From the NCBI GenBank assembly GCA_002269645.1, contig NIVC01000294.1:66623-130622 (forward strand): a DNA stretch of 64,000 bases, in the 5' to 3' direction. A program made the translations under genes and the position numbers. Shown here piece by piece: positions 11,501 to 22,182 of this stretch. The stretch comes from Macrostomum lignano. Its lineage: Eukaryota. The notes under the pieces are model-generated. The model saw only the letters and a list, made by a program, of their open reading frames with translations, did no database searches and was not told where the DNA came from. Position 1 is the first letter of the stretch. Each line of letters starts with the position of its first letter.

Positions 11501-14500
11501 GGCTGTTCAAAGATTGGGGGTTAGTGGGGGGGGCGCCACACACACCCTCAATTACCCCAGCTAATGCTGGCATCCATTTTACAGCTGGGTGAACTGAAGC
11601 AATGCAGAGTTAAGTGTCTTGCTTAAGGACACAGATTGTTATGAGTGGGTCGAGAATCAAACCCCCCCTCCCCAACCTTAAAGTCGGGAGTCCGATGCTC
11701 TTACCACTAGGCTACAACCCCCTTTAATTGTTGGATTATAAATTCACATCAGAAAGTTGTAGAAAGTCGACACTTGTTAATCCCAAAGCAAAAAAAAATT
11801 AAGCAGCTACTCCTTGACTAAGAGCGGAGCTTGCATAGATTTTAGCAGCCCAGCAGAGCATTCAAACAACGCTCGTGAAACTGAAGTTTATAGAAATGAA
11901 CTAATAAAAGTGTGTGTTTCGAGGCAGAAGCCATAAAAGTTTGTATAAATATAGCTCAAAATCAAATGTTCGGCAGTCGCATGCCCCGGACTCCCTTTAA
12001 CAAACTTCTCAAATAAAGTGAGAACTTTTGGCACTTTTTCCCAGAGCAAAAATATAGGATCAAGTTTAAGTTTTGTGTCAGTTTAAAGCGAAAGATGTCT
12101 TCCTTCGAAAAAATTCCATCTTAATTAAATGAATGAGCTTTTAATAAAAATTATGTTTAAAATGATTGCACTATGCCACTTATAGGCCTACCATGAAAGT
12201 GAGTCTTAAATCCTTCTAAATCTTATAGACTCTTCAATCCGACTAAATCTCATGGACTCTTTAAATCTAACGAAATCTTTAAAAACTTTCAAATCCAACA
12301 AAAAGTTTTTTCCAACGAGTGTCAGAAAATTCAACTAAAATGAAATTACCTAACTAGCCTATAACTGTAATTCCAATGGCAAAACTATTTACAGCTATTG
12401 CAGAAAACTAACAAAAAATGAGTAGTTCTAACGCTAAGCAGCAAGCAGTCATACGAGTTGAAACTAAAAGCTTCGTTGCTCAGTGTATACTTTCTGATAG
12501 TACTGAAATGAAATGATAGGGTGAAACAAAGGTCACCTAAAGAGATACACAGAGATATTATAGAAAAAGAAGCATGACACCCCATTGGCCATGCACATTG
12601 TCACTGCAACGTAAAGTGGGGGTGTGTCACTTTGAGTGGCGGGTTAGTGCAAAACAATCAAGCCTATTTAGCTAGTGCAGCAGCGTAAAAGAGAGGACAA
12701 GACTGAATCTATCTTTTTGAGAGCCTTGACTGAGGCCTTGCCTACCCAGGCCGTCATGCCAGTTAAAAGACTGCCAGCTACAAACAAACTAAACGAAGCT
12801 TCAACCGAAAACGGTTGTTGGTCTGCCGCCGAAAGCTTTCGTCAGCTTGGCGATCGATGCAGGCAGCTTCGCAGTCGTCGACAAGCTCAAGAGCAGCAGA
12901 AACAGCTTCAATTGCGCTTAGAACAATCCAAACAGCAGCAGCACAGAAATAGTTCAATATTGTTGCAGCTGCTTTTCTGCGAAAGCAACGATAGTGAGGA
13001 TCAAAATAATAGCGCTCAACCACCGACGTTTCAGACTAATCTGCACATGCGACTGCCCAGGCCTCGCTATGCCGCAGATTTTGCCGCCTCAGAATTTATC
13101 CCACAACGCGAGCTGATCCCGCTAGATGAGACTTTATCGAATGGTGAAGCCTCCGCTAGCGCGTCACGAGCCACTTTCTCCAACCACTTCGATTACGAAG
13201 ATGACGAATTAGCTGAAACCGCGAGCAGCAGTCACGATTTAGATGCCGAACTAATCGAGAGAAGCCAAGACCTGCTTTTGGATCAGTTTCACGAATGGCA
13301 TCGAAGTTGCAATATGTTCCACGTGATGGCCTACCATCCTGAGTACCTGGACATCTTCCTGCGCTTTCACAACTGCCTGCTGCGTAGTGCCGGGCCTGTT
13401 GGATACGCCGAACGGCACTACCTGGCTTTGATGGTGAGTGAACTATGTGAAATATTGTCACTCCCTAGATTATGAATGTCACTCCGTAGATTATGAATAT
13501 CACTCCGTAGATTAGAAATGTCACTCCTTAGATTTGAAATGTCACTCATTAGATTTGAAATTTCACTCGTTATATTATAAATGTCACTCCTTAGATTATA
13601 AAGGTCCCTCATTAGATTTGAAATTTCACTCCTTGGATTAGAAATGTCACTCATTAGATTTGAAATGTCACTCATTAGATTTGAAATGTCACTCATTAGA
13701 TTTGAAATGTCACTCATTAGATTTGAAATGTCACTCCTTAGATTAGAAATGTCACTCATTAGATTAGAAATGTCACTCCTTAGATTAGAAATGTCACTCA
13801 TTAGATTAGAAATGTCACTCATTAGATTTGAAATGTCACTCCTTAGATTTGAAATGTCACTCCTTAGATTTGAAATGTCACTCCTTAGATTAGAAATGTC
13901 ACTCATTAGATTAGAAATGTCACTCATTAGATTTGAAATGTCACTCATTAGATTTGAAATGTCACTCATAAGATTAGAAATGTCACTCATTAGATTTGAA
14001 ATGTCACTCCTTAGATTTGAAATGTCACTCCTTAGATTAGAAATATCACTAATTAGATTAGAAATATCACTCATTAAATTAGAAATGTCACTCATTAGAT
14101 TTGAAATGTCACTCATTAGATTTGAAATGTCACTCATTAGATTTGAAATATCACTCCTTAGATTAGAAATGTCACTACTTAGATTAGAAATGTCACTCCT
14201 TAGATTATGAATGTCACTCCGTAGATTATAAATGTCACTCCTTAGATTAGAAATGTCACTCCTTAGATTAGAAATGTCACTCCTTAGATTAGAAATGTCA
14301 CTAATTAGATTAGAAATATCACTCATTAGATTAGAAATGTCACTCATTAGATTAGAAATGTCACTCATTAGATTAGAAATGTCACTCATTAGATTTGAAA
14401 TGTCACTCATTAGATTAGAAATGTCACTCATTAGATTTGAAATGTCACTCATTAGATTTGAAATGTCACTCATTAGATTAGAAATGTCACTCCTTAGATT

Positions 14501-17500
14501 TGAAATTTCACTCCTTAGATTTGAAATGTCACTCATTAGATTAGAAATGTCACTCGTTATATTATAAATGTCACTCATTAGATTTGAAATGTCACTCATA
14601 AGATTAGAAATGTCACTCATTAGATTTGAAATGTCACTCCTTAGATTTGAAATGTCACTCCTTAGATTAGAAATATCACTAATTAGATTAGAAATATCAC
14701 TCATTAAATTAGAAATGTCACTCATTAGATTTGAAATGTCACTCATTAGATTTGAAATGTCACTCATTAGATTTGAAATATCACTCCTTAGATTAGAAAT
14801 GTCACTACTTAGATTAGAAATGTCACTCCTTAGATTATGAATGTCACTCCGTAGATTATAAATGTCACTCCTTAGATTAGAAATGTCACTCCTTAGATTA
14901 GAAATGTCACTCCTTAGATTAGAAATGTCACTAATTAGATTAGAAATATCACTCATTAGATTAGAAATGTCACTCATTAGATTAGAAATGTCACTCATTA
15001 GATTAGAAATGTCACTCATTAGATTAGAAATGTCACTCATTAGATTTGAAATGTCACTCATTAGATTAGAAATGTCACTCATTAGATTTGAAATGTCACT
15101 CATTAGATTTGAAATGTCACTCATTAGATTAGAAATGTCACTCCTTAGATTTGAAATGTCACTCATTAGATTAGAAATGTCGCTGATTAGATTTTAATGT
15201 CACTCCACTGCAAAACTTCGTGCCCTCAGTATGTAAACTCAGTAAGCAGACCAGTATATGTATATTATATATTTCAAAATGGTCTTTTAAAACCCCTGGA
15301 ACCTTCTTTCTGTCTGCACAACTTCTTGTGTGCATCTCTCTATCGAGCTAAAATATTCATCTCTCAAATGAAATAAAAACCTTTTTTAACCTCGGCACTG
15401 AGGCCACTGCCCTGGATATGCGAGAATTTGCAAAAACTGAATTGGGGTGTTAGAGGCCATTATCTATCTCAGACAGTGTGCGAGCTGTTACTCTTTCTGT
15501 TGAAAAGCGGGGCCTCACTCACTGCTTACTGTGCAGCAAAGTGGCTGGCTTTTTACATCAAAGTGTGTGCGTCTTTGCGTTAGTTCTGCTCATACAGCTT
15601 CTGCCTGCCTCGCTTGTCTTTTGCGGGGCCTTTAGCCCTGTAAAACATGCGACTTTGTGGAGCAAACTTGATGGCAGCTGCATCATAAATATGTGTGCCT
15701 GTGTTTACACGCAACAGTACACGACTTTGCTTTTTAAGTTTTTAGATATTGTTTATTTATTTACCTTTGGATATACTTCACTGTGGTTTAATTTTCGGGT
15801 TTGTTTGCGATTGTAAATTGCTGCAAATTGCAATCTATAGCTATGAGCTCTCTCTCTCTCTTTCTGCTATTCTATAGTCTGTATTTCGTCAATTTCAATG
15901 TACACTCACCCGATTCCCCTCTCACCAGCACCCACCCCATTGTACACTCACCCGATTTTCCTCTCACCCAGCACCCACCCCAATGTACACTCACCCGATT
16001 CCCCTCTCACCCAGCACCCACCCCAATGTACACTCACCCGATTCCCCTCTCACCCAGCACCCACCCTATGCACACCCAGGCCGCCAGTCGCCATCGCTGC
16101 GCCTACCTTGCCCACCTTCACGCCGCCGAGTTCATCCACCTAAACGGAGACGAGTCCTGGCTGCGCGGCCTCGAGCACGCCTCATCCAAGATGCAGAAAC
16201 TCGGCCAGCTATGCCGCCTGGTGGCCCACCGACCCTGGGAAATCACCTCGGATATTTTGCGCCCGCTGCTAACTGGCGCTGACTCGCTGTCTCAGTCGGA
16301 GCTGGTCCACTGCATGTGCATTCTGGCTCATTTTACCGCGCTGGCCGGCTTTGTGGCCGGGACAGGTGTCCGGCCCGAGATTGACTCGCCTTTAGGTCAC
16401 ACTTATCGAAGTCAAAGTGGCGAGTCTCTGTATCAGCAGCAGCAGCAGCAGCAACAGCAGAATTTCCTGCAAAGCAGTTGCAACAGCACCAGTGGTAACC
16501 TGACTACGGGCCATCTGCCTTCGTCTACCAGTCCCACACCTTCCAGTCCTGGGGTGAGAGACTATATGTCATTCAGGTTTTGTTCGGTTATTGCTGTGAG
16601 ATCTCACAGGAGAATAGACTTTTATGATAGACAGTCTACCATACGATATCTAATAGGGAATTTTTAGTTATTACTTATTACCGAATTATACTAGGGGGTT
16701 GTAGCCTAGTGATTAGTGTCAGACTCACGACTTGATGGTCGGGGGTTCGATTCCCGATCCAACTCAGAACGGAACAATTAGTGTCCTTGAGCAAGACACT
16801 TAATTCTGCATTGCTTCAGTTCACCCAGCTGTAAAATGGGTGCCAGCATTAGCTGGGGTAATTGAGGCTGTGTGTGGCGACCCCCAGTCCTTGGACTGAA
16901 CAGCCGTACGCAGCCTTCAGATGCGCCGCGCAATAGCTGCGGCTGAGCCGTAGGTTGCACATCTCTCCCAGTTGGGGCAGGCGTAATCAATTATTTGAAT
17001 CCTTTATTTACACCCTGCTATCTGTCACCGCGGGCCTCCCAAACCAGATCGACCCGAACCAGCGGGTCCTGGATCTCATGAACGCCATCAAAGACATTGA
17101 CGACGAGACTGAAGGTGGCGAAGCCCTGCCAGAGGAGCAATTGATTCGCCGATTCGAGTGCATCGAAGCTGAGACCGCCGGGCTGCCCTGCTTTCACCGG
17201 AGCGTCTCCCGTGAGCAGCAACAGCAGCAGCAGCAGCAGCAAATGCTGCTCCGACAGCAGCAGCAACAGCAGCTCAACAGTCAGGAGTTGATAGCCGCTG
17301 AATTGGCAAACTTCTGTCAGGAGCCCGGATACGCATATAAAGATTTTCTTCTGGCCAAAGCTGACAACAAGCAATTGAGAAGTTTTCGAATTCAGGTTTG
17401 TTAATTAGAAACTTTTTCTTAAAATAACGACTGAGGGTAAATGGTATTTAAGATACAAGTAATCCTATTCCCCGTTGTGCTCTAGCTGATATGAAGCCTA

Positions 17501-18444
17501 CCCCCAATGTGTACATCACTAGCTGATATAAAGCCTACCCCCAATGTACACTAGCTGAAATAAAACCTACCCCAATGTACACTAGCTGATATAAAACCTA
17601 CCCCCAATGTACACTAGCTGATATGAATAAGCCTACCCCCAATGTGTACATCACTAGCTGATATAAAGCCTACCCCCAATGTACACTAGCTGATATAAAA
17701 CCTACCCCCAATGTACACTAGCTGATATAAAACCTACCCCCAATGTACACTAGCTGATATAAAACCTACCCCCAATGTACACTAGCTGATATAAAACCTA
17801 TCCCCAATGTACACTAGCTGATATAAAACCTATCCCCAATGTACACTAGCTGATATGAAGCCTACCCCCAATGTACGCTTGCTGATATGAAGCATATCTC
17901 TTAATGTACACTCACGCATCAATTCCAGGACTACTCCTGGGAAGAGGACGGCTGCTGTCTCGTTGATCGCTATCTGCCCAGCATAGGTTACGAACTCAAC
18001 GAACGTTTTGAAACGTCGTTTAATTTAACCTACCTCACGATGGGCATGAATACCAACGTTGAAACGGCGCCGTTCCGTCGCGCTGTCTGGTACTACGTGC
18101 ACAGCATATTCGGCATTCGACACGACGACTATGATTATCACCTCATCAATCGAATGTTGAGCATTGAGTTGAAGAAATATTGCAAGTTAGTGGCTTGCGC
18201 TCCGGAGCAGGTTACTATGGGGCACTATCGCAGCGCGATGCCAGGCTTCAAGCACTCGGAAAAGGTGATAGAGGAGAGAGGGAGGGTAGGGAGAATAGCT
18301 GCAATAAAAATCTTAATCCACCATTTTAATCTAAACCTTAACCAACCGCAGGTCCACGTGAATCTGGTAATCATGGACGCCCGAGTTCAAGCCTGTCTGC
18401 TCTACAGTCTCCGAGCTCTAAATGACCACACTACTGGCCAGTGA
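5180..18444 (+). CDS. Sesn: Sestrin (PA26 family), 6 coding exons, ~784 aa: join(5180-5521,12672-13433,16080-16553,17048-17395,17929-18264,18352-18444)
   Basis: Sestrin motifs seen: FIP, MAYHPEYL..F, GP....RHYLALM|AASRHRCAYL, LVAHRPW, SELVH, RIQ|DYSWEEDG, LTYLTM, GIRHDDYDY, FKHSEK|VHVNL...ARVQACLLYSLRA. All introns are GT-AG and frame-consistent. The link of exon 1 to the rest is inferred from its donor (GAG|gtgagc) and phase. Confidence 0.93.
7290..7760. repeat. 21-bp minisatellite (GGGTGTTTAGAGTGCCAAAMT) in Sestrin intron 1
   Basis: Direct tandem array. It explains the ORFs at 7235, 7277 and 7308. Confidence 0.95.
8410..8870. repeat. CT-rich low-complexity/minisatellite tract (CTCTCCCCTCC-based)
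   Basis: Nearly pure pyrimidine strand with ~13-31 bp repeats. Confidence 0.9.
9550..10625. repeat. ~70-bp satellite built from AAACT/AAGCT/GAGCT pentamers
   Basis: The unit aaactaaagctaactagaacaaactaagctgagctaaactaaactagactaaacctaaagagagctaact is repeated many times, with 5-bp indel variants. Confidence 0.95.
10700..11050 (+). mobile_element. Possible decayed Penelope-like element fragment
   Basis: IAVISFRGAEDLSNLF followed by HKCSVTGSWCRMCKFL resembles, from memory, the RR..NL..LV plus CxxC linker that precedes the GIY-YIG domain. The match is weak. Confidence 0.25.
11385..11724 (-). mobile_element. tRNA-derived CORE-type SINE, copy 1
   Basis: Reverse complement of the copy at 16693-16995. 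It has an A-box TAGCCTAGTGG, a degenerate B-box, a CORE-like GTGTCCTTAAGCAAGACACTTAAC...CAGCTGTAAAATGG and an (ATT/ATTAC)-type tail. Confidence 0.8.
12672..13433 (+). CDS. Sesn: Sestrin exon 2
   Basis: Acceptor tttag (ends 12671) and donor ATG|gtgagt. Encodes FIPQRE...HPEYL...RHYLALM. Confidence 0.9.
13455..15205. repeat. 21-bp minisatellite (AAATGTCACTCATTAGATTWG), ~83 units, with a 630-bp higher-order duplication
   Basis: Direct tandem array. Diagnostic variant units recur at a 630-bp offset (e.g. ~14045/14675, ~14172/14802, ~14205/14835). Confidence 0.97.
15895..16070. repeat. 43-bp minisatellite abutting the Sestrin exon 3 acceptor
   Basis: About 4 copies of ccccaatgtacactcacccgattcccctctcacccagcaccca. 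Confidence 0.9.
16080..16553 (+). CDS. Sesn: Sestrin exon 3
   Basis: Acceptor cacccag, AASRHRCAYL...HRPW...SELVH, donor gtgaga. Confidence 0.9.
16693..16995 (+). mobile_element. tRNA-derived CORE-type SINE, copy 2
   Basis: Head GGGGGTTGTAGCCTAGTG (A-box) and GGTTCGATTCCC (B-box), then GTGTCCTTGAGCAAGACACTTAATTCTGCATTGCTTCAGTTCACCCAGCTGTAAAATGGG, which resembles the MIR/CORE consensus. Confidence 0.82.
17048..17395 (+). CDS. Sesn: Sestrin exon 4
   Basis: Acceptor aaaccag, IDPNQRVLDLM...RRFE...SFRIQ, donor gtttgt. The 5' boundary is less certain. Confidence 0.8.
17480..17905. repeat. ~32-bp minisatellite abutting the Sestrin exon 5 acceptor
   Basis: About 12 copies of ctagctgatataaaacctacccccaatgtaca. 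Confidence 0.93.
17929..18264 (+). CDS. Sesn: Sestrin exon 5
   Basis: Acceptor ttccag, DYSWEEDG...GIRHDDYDY...FKHSEK, donor gtgata. Confidence 0.92.
18352..18444 (+). CDS. Sesn: Sestrin exon 6 (terminal)
   Basis: Acceptor ccgcag, VHVNLVIMDARVQACLLYSLRALNDHTTGQ*. Confidence 0.92.
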   Translation, partial: VHVNLVIMDARVQACLLYSLRALNDHTTGQ

Positions 18445-19138
18445 GTGATTAGTAGTATCGAACGATCGAGTTAAGAAGTTATTTTTAAAAGAACGGAATT
18501 ACTTTGTCCAATTCATAAATGAATATGTCTAATTGAGGCATAGAAACCCACATGCATGCATATATAATGTCTTACCTGAACTGTTTCTGTCGCCAACAAA
18601 CCCAAGCCGCGGCATCAGCTTTGTTTAGGTGCATTTCATATGCGCTTCAAGTTAGTACCTACTACTATTGCTACATATTACTAGTAGTAGACGTAGAGCC
18701 TAGGAAACCCCGTTTAACCGCCTTCATCCGCCATCATTTGTAATTCTTCCTGTTCCCGATAATTAAGATTCGAGTATTGAAAGCTTTTTTCGCGCATCTG
18801 TACAAAATATTTGTGTGGTATTATTATTTTTTTCTTTTATTTTCTAATCGTGCCATTTATCATCACTTGCTAATCCGTTGCCCATCAATCGTAGGGCGTT
18901 TTTTTGTAATTAAATTAATAAACTTATTTTTTGTTCAACGTCTGGATTTTTTGTGGCCAGTTTGCGAAAATATAATATAATCATGTTTGTTTATTCGACG
19001 AGTTTATAATTTGTTTCATAATAAGTTCGATTTTTTCTGTCATTTTTAAATGCTAATATATTGAGTTTTGATAATTAAAACCGTAGCGTTTAAATTTTTC
19101 TAAAATAGAGAGGTATGTATGTATATTTTTAAATATCC

Positions 19139-19144
19139 AATAAA
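19139..19144 (+). terminator. Candidate polyadenylation signal for Sestrin
   Basis: AATAAA ~700 nt after the stop codon, following an AU-rich 3' UTR-like stretch. Confidence 0.35.
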
Positions 19145-21792
19145 TTTAGCAGCGTTTCTATTTTATCCTGTTCCGCGAGTCAGTCAATTGCCAGGTGTCA
19201 AATGTCAAATAAGGTCAATCGGTTATTAACGTACTTTTGGGTCATTTGAAGTTGGTTAATCCAAAAGTTTCAGTGCCGCCTTTTCCTCATCGAATTTAAC
19301 TGAATTTAATCTAATTCAATTTTAAGAGTTTTTTAAAACCACGGATTAGTTACCTGTTAAGTAAAATCTTTTTTTTATAGTTTTTATGCAACTTATTACA
19401 AGTTTTCAAAGCCAAAAGCCCGCAGGGATCGATTTTGCGTACATAAAGTTTCATGTTTCATTATTTTATATCACAATAAGAGCGTCTGCCGCCGTTCACT
19501 CTTCGTCTCGTACCAAACAAGCAAAATAAATCGTCTTTCTTGTTTTTACCTTGGCTTCATTGCTGTAGTATTTCCTTGTTGGCGATTGTTTGTAATCCCC
19601 AAAAAAACCGATTATGATTTAATTATAATATTTCGTGTTTCTATTTCAACAGCATATTTAGATAGGCCTTATAGTCGCTGTTAAGGTCTTAAAAGATTTT
19701 AGACTTTACCTGTTTTTTAGGTTTACTGGATTTGTAGTCACTTCAAATTGTATTGTTTTGCAGTCTTTTCTCAAATAAGCACAATAAGCATATTACAATT
19801 TTCAATTTTCAAAATCCATGTTTTAAGTCCAAAATAAGAGTTTTTATTCAGTGCCATTAAAAACCGGAAATATTTCAGTTTGTTTAATTTTGCCAGGTTG
19901 ACTGCAAAATGATATAATATAAGTTCTTATTAATTCATTTATAGTTTGTCTCGGCAATTTCTTCTCGGTGCAGTATATAATTATATTTTCGAATTATAAT
20001 AATTTTTACTTTGTAATAGACATACTGATTGCTAACTGTTGTGTGCTTGACAAACTTCATCAGTGTTCCTCATCGGTATATCATATTCTGTCATTTTTGT
20101 CATCAACTGTCTTTTTTTCTTCCTTACCCAACGCTACTACTTGTGCAGTAGTACAATTAAGCCAAAATGGCAAAATTGCATCAACAAAACTAATTTTCCC
20201 TGAAAATTTGGTTGCAATGAAGAAGAAATATAAAAAAATTACTGAATATAAAAAATCGCTTAAAATCAAGTGGTTGACTTATCCTGAAGTAACTCTTTGG
20301 TTGAAGTTTTTTTTCATTTAATTTCAAAATAGCGAAGTATTTTGTTTCATGGAAATAAGTATATGATTTTTTATTTGGTAAAAATGATTTATTTCTTTTA
20401 GCTTTGATTAAATTATATTAAAAAATTCTTTAGTAACGAAGCTAGACCGCTGTTGGAATGTAACAAACTATTCCAGATTATGTACTAATGTGTTTCTTGT
20501 GTACCTCTAGTTTCATTTTAGTGTATCAATAGTTAATTGGTTGTAGTAAATGAAAGTAAACCTAGTAAATGAAAGTAAATTAGATATCTAATATGTAATT
20601 TTAAAAAATAGCCACCCAGCTGCAACAGCAGCCTGTCAACGAGTTACAATTAATTACAAGTCGTTCAAAGACCAATATGTAAAGTTGGCCAATTTTTTAC
20701 GAAAAAACCCCATGATCCCATTTTCTAAATCGTCTTGAATTCGCGTTGAAGATAAAAAAAGACAATTGCAAGGGTGAATGTCTCGGCTCTAAGATTCGTA
20801 CGGCAATACAACCTACTATCAAGTAATACATTAGTACGAGCTAATAATGAATTTATGAGCACGTTATGGGCCAAATTTATGAGCTATCAAAGCCAAAAAA
20901 ATAAGCGCAATAATATCCGGATACAGGATGCCTCGTTCTTTGTGATATTTTTGCAAGAACGTCGATCAACTACTTAAAGTAGTAGCAGTTTATAAAGTTA
21001 AGTAGTCTTTTTTATTAATTATTCGATGGTTGTGCATCCAATGAATGAGTTGGGGCTTGTGGACACGTTTAGCTTTCTAGCAATGGGCAGGCATTTCTGA
21101 TACGCATGAATATTCAAGACAATAAACTAATTTAGAACTGTAAAGGCATGCACTTATAAGAATTTTGCAAATGAAAGTGGGATTACGGTAGAACCAATCA
21201 AAATGAATTGCTTAATCTAAATATTCCTAGAGCAAAATTTGGCACCTAAAGTATAAAATTTACCAAACAGCCACAGTTGTATTAATATACTCGTATGTTT
21301 GTTGTTATTTAACTTTAGCACTTTGTCATATTCTCGTAAATTGAAATCTGTTTTGATTGATCGATGCAACGCCTCCTTAAAAACATTCTCTTGCTTTGGC
21401 AAATGAATTTTTTCTTCATTTTCCTCGAGCTAATTGTCAATCTCATTTCGCAATGGAAGCAGCTGATATAAAAAGAATTCTGCGACAAAAGCTTTCAAAA
21501 AGATTCAATACAGTACGTGCTATATGCATGTTTTAACGATTGTACAGTATTTATTTGAAATTTAATCTTAAGCACTGCGTTCACAGTTAATTGCAGATCA
21601 TGCCTCTGATTATAACTATTCATTTGATCGGGGTATAGAGAACTGATTGTAGTTTCCTGGCACCAGTTTAAATTTCAAATAAGATACTGAGCGTTACAAT
21701 ACTGGTTACAATGTGTTTGTTCAATACATGCACGCACATTAATTAGATAATATACTCGTATAACACTGCTACTGCAGTTGCAAGGGATCTCC

Positions 21793-22182
21793 CTAAGTCG
21801 AGAGCTGGCGTCTACGGCCGTAGCTCTCCTGAATTGTTGCAATAGGTGGCGACAGACTTCGACAACGCGTCTGAATTTGCGGCTGCAGGTTATTGATCTG
21901 CGTGGACTTGCGCCCTGACGATGACGACCTAGCGGTGTACCTGTTGGACCAGTTCACCGGCTCTTTCATCTCGTCGACGCCGCGAACTTTTGCGGCGGCG
22001 TACTTTTTCAACTTGTCAGAGTTGACGGTTGTGCGGTAGCCTGGAGGGCGCGAATCTCTCTTTGGCTGAGTCATTCGCCTGCTCTGTTTCCAGTAGTAAG
22101 CCAGGACCACTGCGATAGACACTAGGAGCATTGTTACTAGCAGGCCTACCACTATTAAACTGATGGTCACTTCGCTCGCCAT
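21793..22182 (-). CDS. Small single-pass membrane protein of unknown function (129 aa)
   Basis: ATG start and a CpG-rich island in AT-rich DNA. An N-terminal hydrophobic helix (ISLIVVGLLVTMLLVSIAVVLAYYW) is followed by a basic stop-transfer stretch (KQSRR) and a disordered Ser/Arg tail. Confidence 0.6.
   Translation of the reverse strand: MASEVTISLIVVGLLVTMLLVSIAVVLAYYWKQSRRMTQPKRDSRPPGYRTTVNSDKLKKYAAAKVRGVDEMKEPVNWSNRYTARSSSSGRKSTQINNLQPQIQTRCRSLSPPIATIQESYGRRRQLST

Noticed and set aside
13418-15166. 582-aa (MSDISNL)n heptad coiled-coil-like ORF on the minus strand
   Set aside because: It is the 21-bp intronic minisatellite. None of the unit codons (ATG AGT GAC ATT TCT AAT CTA) is one substitution from a stop, so an open frame is expected without selection. 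It is also antisense within a Sestrin intron.
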